Assembly: GCA_009602735.1 (NCBI GenBank) | Contig: WELA01002297.1 | Span: 780,773 to 844,772, forward strand | DNA: 64,000 bases | Source of the DNA: Mesotaenium endlicherianum | Taxonomy: Eukaryota | Direction of reading: 5' to 3' | Part shown: positions 1 through 13,700 of the stretch, in pieces | How the letters are laid out: each line of letters opens with the position of its first letter | Numbering within the stretch: the first letter of the stretch is position 1 | The notes under the pieces: generated by a model | Told to the model about the DNA's origin: nothing | Databases searched by the model: none | The model's input: only the letters and a program-made list of their open reading frames with translations | Program-made: the position numbers and the translations under genes

Positions 1-2303
1 TATCGACGGGGTGCTGCTGAGGGCCAAAGAGCCCATTGGAGGAGCTCCACGTGCCCTCGCGAGATTGCACCACGTGTCATCATCTGGTGGGGTCCCGCCC
101 CCGCTCCCGCCCTCCTTGTAGGGTCGCGGAGGACATGCAGAGAGATAAGGGTGATCAAACAACACATTACGAGCTTATTATATTCACTCAACTTACTAGT
201 ACAGGTCTGCTCAGATTTTCCCCATGCTGTCAGTTTCTCTTACTTCAACGGAAGTCTAGTCGCAAAAGAACGCATTCAACGATTAAGTGAAAGAAAGCAT
301 TGCTTTGTAGAGAGAGAGAGAGAGAGATGTGCTTCAATGCTATGAGCTGTGGACAGAGTCGACATTCAAACGAGGGAGCAGTAATCTGTCGCTGTACACA
401 AAGACAGTGTCACATTTCTGAGTGGCAGTGAGGGGGCAAGGGGCCCTCTCAGCCACTCTACTCGTTTGCCAGGTGGAAATAGTATCCTTCTTTCTTGAAG
501 GCAGAATGTGAAAGCTTGTACATCGATACGCCACTTGTGATATAAACACACCACTCCTTTCCGAGTGCTTTGGCTGTGTGTGTGCTGCGGAGCACGTGAT
601 GCATGGAACTTGTACACTCACAAGCTTAGCGTGACTCTTGCTGCATTCTGGGCTTATGTTGTAAAGCACACACACACACACACCTGTTTGTTTTTACTGA
701 GTGCATATGTAAAGCAGGTCCAACCCATGTATACTGACGCGTAGGTATGCATATGTATCATAATTTGACGTTCTTGGGTCCTCTTTCGGCGTAGGGATCG
801 GGCAGCCAAAAGTTCCGTACGTGTTCCTGACCAACGGAGGGGGCGTGCCCGAGGCAGTGAAGGCGGAGGAGCTGAGCCGGCTTCTCAGGGTGCCCGTGTC
901 TCCCGGTCAGGTGGGTGCACTCCCTATCATCCTTCTGAGCCCCGAGGACGACGCGAGACCTGCGGGTGGCAAGTCTGCATGCATGCCTTCTCATCTGCTG
1001 ATATGATTGTTGCGAGGGTGCCAAGGGAGGTAGGGAGGACAGGGGAGGTGGGAAAAAGGGTCGAGGGTCGGCATTAGGTTCGGGTTTCGGGTTTTCGGTT
1101 TGAGGGGTTTAAGGTTTGGGGTTCGGGGGTNNNNNNNNNNNNNNNNNNNNNNNNNNNNNNNNNNNNNNNNNNNNNNNNNNNNNNNNNNNNNNNNNNNNNN
1201 NNNNNNNNNNNNNNNNNNNNNNNNNNNNNNNNNNNNNNNNNNNNNNNNNNNNNNNNNNNNNNNNNNNNNNNNNNNNNNNNNNNNNNNNNNNNNNNNNNNN
1301 NNNNNNNNNNNNNNNNNNNNNNNNNNNNNNNNNNNNNNNNNNNNNNNNNNNNNNNNNNNNNNNNNNNNNNNNNNNNNNNNNNNNNNNNNNNNNNNNNNNN
1401 NNNNNNNNNNNNNNNNNNNNNNNNNNNNNNNNNNNNNNNNNNNNNNNNNNNNNNNNNNNNNNNNNNNNNNNNNNNNNNNNNNNNNNNNNNNNNNNNNNNN
1501 NNNNNNNNNNNNNNNNNNNNNNNNNNNNNNNNNNNNNNNNNNNNNNNNNNNNNNNNNNNNNNNNNNNNNNNNNNNNNNNNNNNNNNNNNNNNNNNNNNNN
1601 NNNNNNNNNNNNNNNNNNNNNNNNNNNNNNNNNNNNNNNNNNNNNNNNNNNNNNNNNNNNNNNNNNNNNNNNNNNNNNNNNNNNNNNNNNNNNNNNNNNN
1701 NNNNNNNNNNNNNNNNNNNNNNNNNNNNNNNNNNNNNNNNNNGGAGGGTTGGGGAGGGGGGTGAGAGAGAGGGAAAGAGAGGGAGGGAGGGATATGAAGG
1801 ATTAGGTTTTAGTCAGTCCGGCCGGCGCGTACAAAGAGGGAGGGAGGGAGGGAGGGAGGGGGAGGGGGGGGCGGAGAGGCAGCAGTTGTGCTTTTTATGG
1901 AGACCTTTTGAGCAGGGGCCCGCCACCACTGCCCCGGTCTCCTGCCAGTGCGGGGGCACATAACACGGTGTGCCCCCCTGGTGTGCTCCTGACATTCAGT
2001 GGAATGATGCCAAGTCCTCTCGGATACTGACTTGGGGAAGGGTGAGGGGGTCAGCCCGTCGAGGTTTGGTCAGAGAAGTGAACTTGTTTCTCTTTGTGTT
2101 GACTGGTGCACCCGGTGGTACTTATCGAAATGGCAGGTTTGTACGAATGCATCGCTTGCATTCTGCCAACCCAGGTGATCACTCATTTTTATCATCGTTC
2201 CAGGCGCACTGAGCTTGAGCTGTGATTGGGGAGGAAAACTTTTGCTGTCTTGTTTGAAGTGCACATCTTTCAGATATACGTACCACTGTTTTCATACCCA
2301 CAG

Positions 2304-2341
<38 letters not shown>

Positions 2342-5300
2342 GCGAGCGCGCATGATATAGTCTATTTGTGTGTCTGTGCGTGTTTGCGTGTGCGTGTGTC
2401 TGAGCTGCGGCCCTCGCTCGCAGGTGATACTGGGGCACACAAAGTTTCGCGACTTGGTCGATAGGTGTGTAATCCTTTCCCTGTCCAGTGTCTTTCCGCT
2501 GCATGTACCTACACGTATGCATGCATCTAAGCATACCATCATTCAGTAGCATGCACCTCTGGCCAGGCGTAGGCCTCCTTTCGACCTGCATAGACGGCAA
2601 GAAAAGAAGCTATGTGTATACTCAGAGGAGGCGTGTGGATGTCCAAGGGGGGTGGGGAGCGAGCGAGCAGGTACGGGGGCAAGCGCGTGCTGGCGGTGGG
2701 CAAGGGCGGTGCGGCCGCCGTGCTGCGCCACTACGGCTTCCGGTGCGCGCTCCCCGTTCCTCAAGTTGCCGCCCGCTGCTGCTGCGTCGACCTGCCCGTT
2801 GGCCCCCAGCCAGACGGACGCGCGCGCTTGCATGCACCTGTTTTCTGCAGTGTAGAGCCTGTGTATGCGTGTGTTCTTGTGAGCGCGGGAGAGCGCACCC
2901 ACGCTAGCCTGCGTCCTGAGCCTCATGTTGGCTCTGACCATGGTGCCAATGTTGTGGCATCTGTCAAGATATCGTGTGCCCTGAGAGTTTCATCCATGGG
3001 AGCAGGCAGGAGGGAGAAAAGGAGGGAGGGAGGCAGCATTGCGGGAGGGAGGGAGGGAGGGAGAGGGGGAGCATGGGAGGGAGGGAGGGAAGGAGGGAGG
3101 ACGCGCAAGAGGGAGGGCCTGCGCCAGCAAGCGCGCGTGGGCCACTCCCGAGCTGCAGCAGATTGCCGGCGTGCGCACGCCTCTGTTGCGCAACGGACGT
3201 TGGCAGGAACCCGGTGTTTTGGTTCTCGACCAATCCCCCCTGTGCTGGTCCTCCTGTTCCTCCCGTCTCGGTGCGTGCAGAGCAGCCGTGGACATGGACG
3301 AGTACGAGCGGCTCCACCCCCACATTGACCCGCTGGCCCCGCACAAGCCCCGGCCCCTCCACGTTGCGCCAGGTGGTGGAGGTGGAGGGCAGGAGCCTGC
3401 GGGAGCACGTCTTCTGCATTGCCCGGGACCGAACCTCCACGTGTTGAGAAGGTGAGGAAATGACTTTTGGAAAGCGTCTGCGTTTGTGGGCAAGAGCTTG
3501 TGCATGCGTACGGATTTGGGAAAGGTTAGTCATAGCGGGGATCGTGTTCAGTACAGTCCTCTAGTAAGTGAGCAGAGACATTAGCACCACAAGCACGTAC
3601 AAATTTCACGCGCCAAGTTGGAAAAGGGGGGGGCAGGGGGGGTGTGTAGCGCAGCTGTTTTTTTATTTAAGAGTCTTCTTTGACATCTTCGCTCTTCACC
3701 CCCCCCTCCCCCTCACTCCCTGCTGATGTGCCACACACGAAGACAGCAAAACGAATTTTACCCTTCAGGCAGCCCGAGCAGATTGATAGATAGACACAGA
3801 GAGAGAGAAACAGTGTGATGGGCGCCTTTGTGTTGTACAATGCTGAGTCAGTGTTCTGAAGCTTTTTGTTTCTGGCCTCCTGGTGGGTACAGGGCAGGGG
3901 CAGCAGGGAATAGCGTCGGCACACAAGAGCCCAGGGGAGGGCCAGGTGGCGCGAGGATAGAAGGCGTGTTTGTGTGCAGCGATCCCGTGGACTGGGGCCG
4001 CGACCTCCAGGTGGGTGGGCGGCCGGCCGGGCGGCGACTTGCCAGCTGGCAATTATTTGTCTGGCTTGCAAGCCTGTTAGTCCTGGCTCATTGTGTGCGT
4101 CACTCGAGTCCCGCGCTATCCTGGTCACGCGATAGTTTCATGTTAGTTGCAGATTTGTTGTGCGAATTATTTGTGGACTCATTGCATCTTAGGTGGCTGC
4201 ATCTTCATTCCCTGTCCTGCCAAATGTCTGACTGGTTGCCGAACTTGGCAGTGTTGCAATTCGACCTATATGTGTCCTGAAGGTCCTGACGTCCCTGGCG
4301 GGTGCGGGCGGCTTGTGCGTTGGCTCTGAGAGCAGGTGCTGTGCGACGTGCTGCGCTCCGGAGGCCTCCCCGGGACGACAGGTGGCGAGCAGCCGCACAT
4401 CTACTTTGCCGCCGATGACTTTGAGTATCAGGTGAGCGCAAATCATGTGAAGAGGTGTGTGTGTGTGTTATGTGTGTGTGCGCGTGTGTGTTGTGTGTGT
4501 GCATGTGTGTGTGCTAGCATCAACATGATTGGCTTCCTGTTCCTGCGCACAGTCTCTCTCCACAAACCTCTGTATAGTTCCTGGTGTTACCTGTACCCAC
4601 ACTCTATCTGAGCGGGCGCAAGTGGAGCCAACGCAACACAGGTAGGGCTTCCTCTCTCTCTGCATCTCTCCTCTCTTACGTGGCCCCTGCCCCCCCCNNN
4701 NNNNNNNNNNNNNNNNNNNNNNNNNNNNNNNNNNNNNNNNNNNNNNNNNNNNNNNNNNNNNNNNNNNNNNNNNNNNNNNNNNNNNNNNNNNNNNNNNNNN
4801 NNNNNNNNNNNNNNNNNNNNNNNNNNNNNNNNNNNNNNNNNNNNNNNNNNNNNNNNNNNNNNNNNNNNNNNNNNNNNNNNNNNNNNNNNNNNNNNNNNNN
4901 NNNNNNNNNNNNNNNNNNNNNNNNNNNNNNNNNNNNNNNNNNNNNNNNNNNNNNNNNNNNNNNNNNNNNNNNNNNNNNNNNNNNNNNNNNNNNNNNNNNN
5001 NNNNNNNNNNNNNNNNNNNNNNNNNNNNNNNNNNNNNNNNNNNNNNNNNNNNNNNNNNNNNNNNNNNNNNNNNNNNNNNNNNNNNNNNNNNNNNNNNNNN
5101 NNNNNNNNNNNNNNNNNNNNNNNNNNNNNNNNNNNNNNNNNNNNNNNNNNNNNNNNNNNNNNNNNNNNNNNNNNNNNNNNNNNNNNNNNNTCCCCCCCTC
5201 CCCCTTTCCAACGGACAGCCCAGCAGCCCACCAGCGGTATGGGCACAGTCTATCCAGGCAAGCACAAGTGGCGTAGAGGAGGCATAGGCAGAACTGTGCA

Positions 5301-8300
5301 TTTCTTCTCAATGTCACTGATTGAGGGGTTCTATCCTTTTATGCGGCCCAGCCGCTAGCGTCACGCTGACACTCCGCGCGACGATGCAAGCTTGAAGTCG
5401 CCTCGAGTTGAAGTCCAAGAATAATCACGTGCCTGTGGGTTTGCGAACCAAAGGTTCAGAACTGCACTGCTGTCACTCATCTCCGAACCCCATCTTCCGC
5501 GTTCACTGCGCTCGGAATTCCTTGCTACTCTTTTCCTCGTACTGTGCCTCCAACGTCTCTCAAATAGAGTGTCAAATAGTAGTGTGTGAAAAGGGACATC
5601 TTCTCCTTCTCCCGCTGTGCTGCTGCACTTTGAACCGTGTACGCCGTTCACCCGGATGTAGTCCGCTTCTGACCGACGTTACACGCCCCCTGCACTGCAG
5701 TCCAAAGTTCCTGCTCCCTGCTCGTGTTTGCTTTTCCCGTTTTTATTTCCTGACGAATGCCCTTGCCTGCGTAGAGACCCCAGCAGGCTGCCACCTCATC
5801 CTTGCCATCTGCGCTCGGGACTGGCGCACCGGACTGCTCTCCTGGTGTGCTAGCAGGGCATGCTCGTCCAAATGTGTTGTTGTTTGCAGATGATACTGAG
5901 TGCGCTCTGCTGTCATTCTTTGATTACATACTGCTCCTTTTTTTGGGTCCTGCCGTGACTTCGTCCTCAGGGGGAGATGTCACATCGAAGTATCTCTCTC
6001 TTTCTTTTTTGGGTACAAATGCCACGCGTACTGCTGTATGCAAAGCGTAGGTGTGATGTTTCCCTCAGCTTGTTTCATTCGGGTGGTGCCACTGCTGCTT
6101 GTGGTAACACTGCCGCCACAGTTTTCCGAGGGCCCCCATGTGCATGAGGACACACAAGTGCGCACGCGCGAGTGCTCACACGCCCACTCTCCCCGCCCTG
6201 CCTCTCAGTCGCTCTCCCTTTCTCTCGCACGTTTTCCCGCAGGCCAAGTTTGCGGTCCCGCGCTTCGGCATGGGCGCGTTCCGACACGCCCTGCAGAGCT
6301 TGTTCGAGAGGTATGCCTGCCTGCCAGCTGCCTGCTTGCCGGTCGCGTGGCCCGTTGCCATGTGGCTTCTTCCCAGCCCGTCACGACCCAACGAGGATGT
6401 GGCATCCGGGCCTTGCGCTGACGTGTCTGGCGTGATGGGTTTGCAAAACCGGCATCCTCCGTCTTGCACATTGCCGTGTTTGTGTTTCTTGCCTCTGGTG
6501 CTGGCAGGCAATAGTTCATTAATTGACTATGGTCTTCAGTCTATTCTTTTCGACTGTTTCACTTCCAGGCTGACCGGCAAAAAGCTGCAGTACACGTCAT
6601 TCGGCAAGCCCGACAGCTCAGCCTTCCAATTGGCAGAGAATGCTCTCCGGGCATTACGGGCAGAAATGACGGCAGGTCCCTCCGGGGTCGGGGGGGAAAC
6701 TCCTGCACCTGGAGACCCGGACGCAACAGATTCTGACCCGCATTATCGGGCAGAAGGCGGCGGCAGCGACAGGTGGTACATGGTGGGGGACAACCCCTTG
6801 ACCGACATCCGGGGCGCCAACGAGGTGCGCTCCTTCTCTTTGTCCTTTATTCTCTCTGATCTCAGGCGAAGGCCTCTTATCTCTCCACAATGCCTCCAGT
6901 GTGCCATTTTCAGAGGCAACAAGCACCTCCCCTCGCCCCCCCCTCTACTTCTGGGCCACTACTCCCGCTCCCTTATTCCATCCCTTCCCCTCTCTCCCCC
7001 TCCTTGTCCTTTTTGTCAAGAGACGCGAGCGTTCTTGTCGGGGACGGGAGGCAGGCTGCTCATGCACGAAGTTGCAGAAATGAACACTGCATGCTGCCAA
7101 CACAAGCGTTGATTTGCGACGGGCGGGTGTCAAGGAAGCCGCGGTTGCCGTCTCATGGCTCGTCAGCTGATGGGGCTGTAGCCTCCAGGGGCATTTCGCG
7201 CCTCACCTCTGCAATGTGGTCGCCTTCTTTCACGAAGCTCTCACCATCGTCATTTGAGGAGCCTGTGACGACGCACTCGCGCTCGGGCTCGCACGAGCGC
7301 GATACTCGTCCTCGCACTCCTCTTCTTCTGATTTGACTCCCTGGTTACCCCATCTCTGCATGCATGCACGGCGTGGTCTGGCAGGCTGGCCCAGAGTGGG
7401 CCTCTATCCTGACGACAACTGGCATCCACAGTGGGCCCCACAACCACGCCCAGTTCCCGGCCAGTGAGGTAGCTCTCTGCCTCCCCGCAGTCACGGCCTC
7501 AGTCCGCAGTCCGCAGTCTCCGGCCTCTCCTGTCACACTCGTGCGGCACATCCCCAGCCGCGCAATTGCGCTCTCGCCTCGCTCCCTACAAACCCCTGAA
7601 GCTGAAAACCCCTTGACGCGACAAACCTCAGTGAAAGGGTCTCCGCATCCTTCTATACCTCTTATAATTTCTTTTAGTTGCATTTAAATCGGCCGGGCTG
7701 CGCATTTGGGGAAATAATTCACAAAATTGTGGAGGCCCCTCGCAAGATCCTTCGGGGCATTGTGCACAGCTCAGGGCGTTGGCCTGCAGGGTGTGCAGCG
7801 CGTGCTCCACGCGACACGGCACGTTCGCATGCCAACCTTTCAAGGAACCAACCCTCCATTGTTCGCCATGAATGTGATGGCATGTACGCTGATCAGCACA
7901 ATATTATGCACGAGCCAAGAGGCGCCAGCTGTGCGCCAGCTATTCTTGATACCAGGTGTCAGAGCGTAGAACTCGCGTCGGTCGCTAGCTTGTTTGCTTG
8001 CGCTCTTTCCCATATTTTTTGTTGGCGCTCGCTGCCTTTTGTAGCGTTAGGGGCGACGGGAGGGCACCCTTCACCCCACCTCACTCTGAGTATATCCCTC
8101 CTGGGAGAGATTGCTATCCCTGTTGAGACTGTTGAGCCCCCCNNNNNNNNNNNNNNNNNNNNNNNNNNNNNNNNNNNNNNNNNNNNNNNNNNNNNNNNNN
8201 NNNNNNNNNNNNNNNNNNNNNNNNNNNNNNNNNNNNNNNNNNNNNNNNNNNNNNNNNNNNNNNNNNNNNNNNNNNNNNNNNNNNNNNNNNNNNNNNNNNN

Positions 8301-9143
8301 NNNNNNNNNNNNNNNNNNNNNNNNNNNNNNNNNNNNNNNNNNNNNNNNNNNNNNNNNNNNNNNNNNNNNNNNNNNNNNNNNNNNNNNNNNNNNNNNNNNN
8401 NNNNNNNNNNNNNNNNNNNNNNNNNNNNNNNNNNNNNNNNNNNNNNNNNNNNNNNNNNNNNNNNNNNNNNNNNNNNNNNNNNNNNNNNNNNNNNNNNNNN
8501 NNNNNNNNNNNNNNNNNNNNNNNNNNNNNNNNNNNNNNNNNNNNNNNNNNNNNNNNNNNNNNNNNNNNNNNNNNNNNNNNNNNNNNNNNNNNNNNNNNNN
8601 NNNNNNNNNNNNNNNNNNNNNNNNNNNNNNNNNNNNNNNNNNNNNNNNNNNNNNNNNNNNNNNNNNNNNNNNNNNNNNNNNNNNNNNNNNNNNNNNNNNN
8701 NNNNNNNNNNNNNNNNNNNNNNNNNNNNNNNNNNNNNNNNNNNNNNNNNNNNNNNNNNNNNNNNNNNNNNNNNNNNNNNNNNNNNNNNNNNNNNNNNNNN
8801 NNNNNNNNNNNNNNNNNNNNNNNNNNNNNNNNNNNNNNNNNNNNNNNNNNNNNNNNNNNNNNNNNNNNNNNNNNNNNNNNNNNNNNNNNNNNCCCCCCTT
8901 CCTTCCCCGTTTCCCCCCCGCAGGACGACTGCCACCCACAGAGACACGCATGCACATGTGCGCATGCATGTTTGCGTTGCACACCGGTCGAGACCGTGTT
9001 CTCAGCTGCATACTGCCATGCTTGTGCAACCTTTCGTGCTGATCTTGCCGACAACTCTTTCCCTGTGTCAGGTGGTGAGGGATGTGGAGGAGGCCGTCGA
9101 CTTCATTCTCACGCGCGAGCGCTATGGAGAAGGCAGTCTCTGA
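1..9143 (+). CDS. HAD-superfamily class IIA hydrolase, HDHD5/CECR5-like; multi-exon, 5' end outside the window
   Basis: Phase-consistent GT-AG exons: <1-86, 795-910, 2424-2464, 2671-2742, 3281-3451, 3893-4010, 4336-4431, 6243-6310, 6569-6824, 7385-7468, 9072-9143 (TGA). The translation shows motif I (D)IDGVLLR, FLTNGGG, SDPVDWGRDLQ, PRFGMGAF, FGKP and YMVGDNPLTDIRGA. Confidence 0.92.
1075..1130 (+). repeat. Degenerate telomere-like (TTTAGGG/TTCGGG-type) repeat running into an assembly gap, in HAD intron 2
   Basis: taggttcgggtttcgggttttcggtttgaggggtttaaggtttggggttcgggggt lies immediately before the N-run at 1131-1742. Confidence 0.5.
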
Positions 9144-10721
9144 CGACATTAGGAGATAGTGCGGCTGATACGGCCAGGAGAAGAATCTCAGTTCTGTGGA
9201 CCCTAGCCGTCACCTTGTCCAAGTGTCCAACTCGTGCAGGGGGGCATGGAGAGAGGGAGGGAGTTTCTGTTTATTTCGTATTTATGCGCGGGTACAGGCT
9301 TGTCCACTCACACGTGTTGGGTCTTCTGATGAACAGAGACAGTCCTCATGTGACCGCCTTGGACGACGACGCAAGCTTGACGTAAAATTTAACTTTGAGA
9401 GTGTTTGAGTAGTAGGACAGCACTGCCTCAACTCTCTCCTTAAATCCACTTCAATGTCGTCGACGTGTGCAGCAATTCTGTTCCACTCATCGTATGGTTC
9501 TGAAATTTCTGAATCTCTCACGAGACAAAATTGTGAATGTAGACGCAGCAGCACCTTCTCCCGTGCTAGCTGCTGCAGAAACTGTTCCCCAAGATTCGCG
9601 TCTGTTTGGAATGTGAGTTACTATCTTAGGTCTACGAAGACAAGTACTTACTACCTTATAGATAGACGATCGGCGGGTTGAATGTTGTGCCATATCAATA
9701 GTGGAACACTGACATGCAAACTCATACAGGTGACAAGCGCAGCACCGCGATATGAAAGGTTGCCTCCTTTCTCCGATACGTAAATTGATATATGGACTAC
9801 AATGAATGTTTAGCAACTCTGTTGTCAAAGCTGCACCGCCACTCAACGCAACACCATTCGACGGTCCTTTGTAGTGTATGAAAGTGTACAGCTGCACTCT
9901 TCTCGAACGAAACAAACAATAACGTGAACTGGATGATTGGAACAGATCCATCATCTTGAGGCAAATATCGAATGAAGGGACACTGCAGGATGCCATTTGT
10001 CAAATTTGCAGCAGCAAATAGAAGGACAACAAAATTGGTGAATGTTGCAGAGCTAAGATCTGATGGACAAACTAATTCCAGCTTCTAATAGTGATGCCAT
10101 AAATATATGACCCTTGGGATCTATACAACGTGCGAATTTAAGAAATAGCTTCTGCTAGCTGTTGCAACATGAGCGACACTGAGATAAACCATTGAGTTGT
10201 CCTCTAACCTAAGCACGCACAGAAACTAGATACCGCTATCCTGGCCGTCCATATGCCAGCCACTCCATCACGGCCCCTGCGAGCCCTGTGACGTCTTCTC
10301 CTCCCCCCTTGTGACTTCAGCTTTGAGAAGCACATGCCCTGCTAAATTTTATCTGTCCAGGGCACCAGTCAATCGCTCACACGCTTGCGAGCGAGAGGTG
10401 AGCATGAAAAAAACAGGATCGCACAAACAGCTCACGCAGAATGGATGACCCATGAAGCACAGACTATCAGGATGAGATCCTTCTTGCACGCCAGCCAGTG
10501 CCAAGCTCGTGTGCCGTGCAGCATCGCCAGCTCTGGAAAACCAGCCACCTGGCAGTACGACCGCACCAATCTCAACCCAGCTCCACTTTGCCAACTGACG
10601 AGTACAAGGGGCACGTGTGTCGAGTACGCGGGACAGGCACGCGGGACCTTAGGCACGCCCATGAAAGTCGTGCGCTTAGGGCCCGCTCCTCAGGAGGGAC
10701 CAGCGCAGGAGCAGCTACAGC

Positions 10722-13700
10722 CTACGCGCCCCTCTTGCGGTTGAGCCATGCGGTGAGCGACTCCTTGGTCACGATCAGGCGCCCCGCGTCCGAGGGCTTC
10801 TTCAACGCAAGCGCCGGCTCGCTCAGCCCCCGCCTTCCCCGGGGCTTCCCCGCGCCTGCCGCCGCGGCCGCCACCGCAGCAGCAGCCGCGCCACTGGCCT
10901 CCCCGCCTCCAGCTGGCGCTTGCAAGCTCCTCTCCACCTCCACGCCACCCTCCTCCTGCTCCTGCTCCTCCTTTTCCTCGCGCCTCCCTTTCCGAGATGG
11001 AGCAGCTGCTTCTCCCCGTCCCTGCCTGCCGGGGCCAGAAGCAGCCGGCACTCCCCCGGGGATCAGATTCTCCCAGTCAAATTCGTACCACTGCGGAGCG
11101 CCCCCGCCAACAGGGGGCAGGGGCGCAGGGGGGGGGGCGCGGCTGGGGGAGGTGAAGCTGGCGAGGACGGGCAGACCCAGCTCCGCCTTGAGCACGTGCA
11201 CCACCGCGTCGCGCGTCGCCGCCGCCTGCTGTGCCCTCCGCTGCTTGCCCATGCCGCCACCTGTCGAGATCACGAGGTCCGCCTCCACCGGGAGCCCTGC
11301 AGAAGCCCCCCCCAAGCCCCCCCCCCGCCAACCGCAGTCACGTGCCGCCCGGGCTAAGCGGCAGATGGCGGCACACACACCCTCATCTACTTGCTCACTT
11401 TCTTCTTCTTGTTTGACGCCCTTGATCTCTCATGTCACCTATGACTGATGATATATATGCCCTACAGCGTCCACAATCCATCACATTAACGCGACAAATG
11501 CTGCAGTACTGCTTGAACCTTGTGACGTTGACATTTGGCCAACAAGCAGCAGCGCAGAGCGGCCCTGGCTGCCAGAGGCTGGGGTCGCCGGTCCTGGCAG
11601 ATACAGCACAGCACTGCCAGATAGGCGCAAATTCCCCCGCCTGAGCTTGACATGCGCTCGGCTATGAGATGCAGACAGGCCACTAAGAGCAAAACAGAAG
11701 CAGAAGGGGACCAAGGGAGGACAGGAGAGGAGAGGAGGATGGAGGGGAGGCAGGCGCACCCTCCAGGTGGCGCTCCTTGAGGATGCGCAGCACCGACAGC
11801 ACCACCGTCCTCGCTTCCGCCTGCCGCCCATCGCCACGCCCATGCCAATCCCCGCCCCCGTCATGTCCCCCACGTACACAGACTGCCAGAGAGGGTGAGC
11901 AGGTTATGACTTGGCTGCGTCCGTCGCCAGCCGGCCAGCCGGCCAAGCTGCACGCATGCCTTGTTGGGGTCTCCCCTAGGCCTCCCCTCTCTACCAGGAG
12001 ACCCTGCATGCACGCATGCTGGCAGGGACTGCTCTCCTCTGCTGCATAGTCCATCCTCATACTCTTTCAGAGGGAGAGCCCAGAAGAGTCTAGTTCCAAA
12101 GGACACTGAGCACCCCCCCCCCCCCCCAAGACCACCGCCNTCAAAAATTCATAGCGGCCACAGAACTGCTCCAAATCTAAAAATTTGAGTGCCAGACGGA
12201 CCGCGTCGGAGAACTCTACCCCCCCCCCTCCCCCCCCAGCTAGGTTGGAAGGAAGAGCAACGGGCATGGGAGCTATCAGTGACAACACGCAGGCCTTTCT
12301 CCATCCCTCCATCCAGTCAAACTCTTTCTGCTGTTAGTGCCAGTACCTCCGCTGCATGCCACGAGAGACTGCCACCCAGACACACAGAGAGAGAGAGAGA
12401 GAGAGAGAGCCCCACCTGCGAGAGGCCGTGGAGGTCAATGCTCAGCAGGTCCGCGGAGTCAGAGCCGGCGCCAGAAGTGGAGCCAGGGCCGGTGCCAGGG
12501 GGCGCGCGCGCGTGGGTGGAGTGCGCCACCTTGTGCACCAGGTGCCGCATGAAGTCCGGCAGCGTCGCCTCCTCCTCCTCCTCCTCCTCCTCCTCCCTGT
12601 CCCTGTCGCCGTCACCGCATTTCCTGCTGCTGCTGTTGCTGCTGCTGGTGCTGGTGCTGGAGGTGGTGGCGGTGGAGGAGGAGGGGGAGGCCCTGCGGGA
12701 GTGGGCGTTGCCGCCGTCGATGGCGCCCTCTGCCCAGTCCTCCAGGAGGCTCTTGAGGAGGACGTCGTTTGGCGCGTACCTGCGCGCACACCCCCCAGTG
12801 GCTGCACCAGGGTTCACAACGAGGAGGACGGGCAAGAATGGAAGGGCCCAGCTGCTGGCTGACGACTCCCACTCCCCTCGGTGCTCCTCCACCATCACCA
12901 TCACCATCACCACCACCTCCACCATCCTCTCGTGTCCCCTCCATATGGAGCAGCTTGTCTCTCTCCTTCTCAAGCGGAGACTGTGGGGCTGCAAGGACGG
13001 GGGGGCGTCGAGCACAGCACGTAGGAGGGAGGGAGGGAGGGCGCAATGCGCACCAGCAGCAAGGGGCCACTGCCTGCTGCTGCACTGCTGCTGCTACTGC
13101 TGCTGCTGCTGCTGACGACGACAACGATGAGACAGGCCTTGCACACGGACAGGCGAGAGAGGTAGGCATACGGCCCCTTGCGGGCACGAGCCTGCTTTGA
13201 CTTGGGGCACTGGCAGGTGGCCAGGTGGTGCAATCTGCCGCTCTGCACTCTTCTTGGCCTCAGCAGGCCAGCCACTTCCAAAAGCTTCTGTCCGCGCTGC
13301 TGCCAGTGTAAGTACGGGCGGGCAACGAGAAGAAAGAGGGAGACGAGAAAGGGGGAAAGAGCTAAAAGTGATGAGAGCCTGCAAGGGGCCAGGTGTCGTC
13401 CTCAGGGCCTGCACTGCTCCCTCTGCACCAGGAGCTGGGAGGAGCACAGGCACGCAAGAAAGGAACGACGAGCAGCAGCGGCGGCGGGAGAAACAGGAGG
13501 AGGAGGGCAACGAGTGCGCACCCGGCGGCGCGCATCTCCTCGTAGAGCGCCAGCGCGCGCTGCACGTCCTTGAGCTGCCCTCCGGACGACCTCTGCCGCA
13601 GCAGCGTGTTGTACGTCACCTGCTCGCCGCCCCCCATCCACGGGCGCACACGCGCACGCACACGCACGCTCGCACACGAGAAGGAACCTAGCACGTCAGG

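Noticed and set aside
1100..9385. Long ORFs containing X-runs (also at 25848-27151, 32869-33441 and 62466-62829)
   Set aside because: They are artefacts of translating through N gaps.
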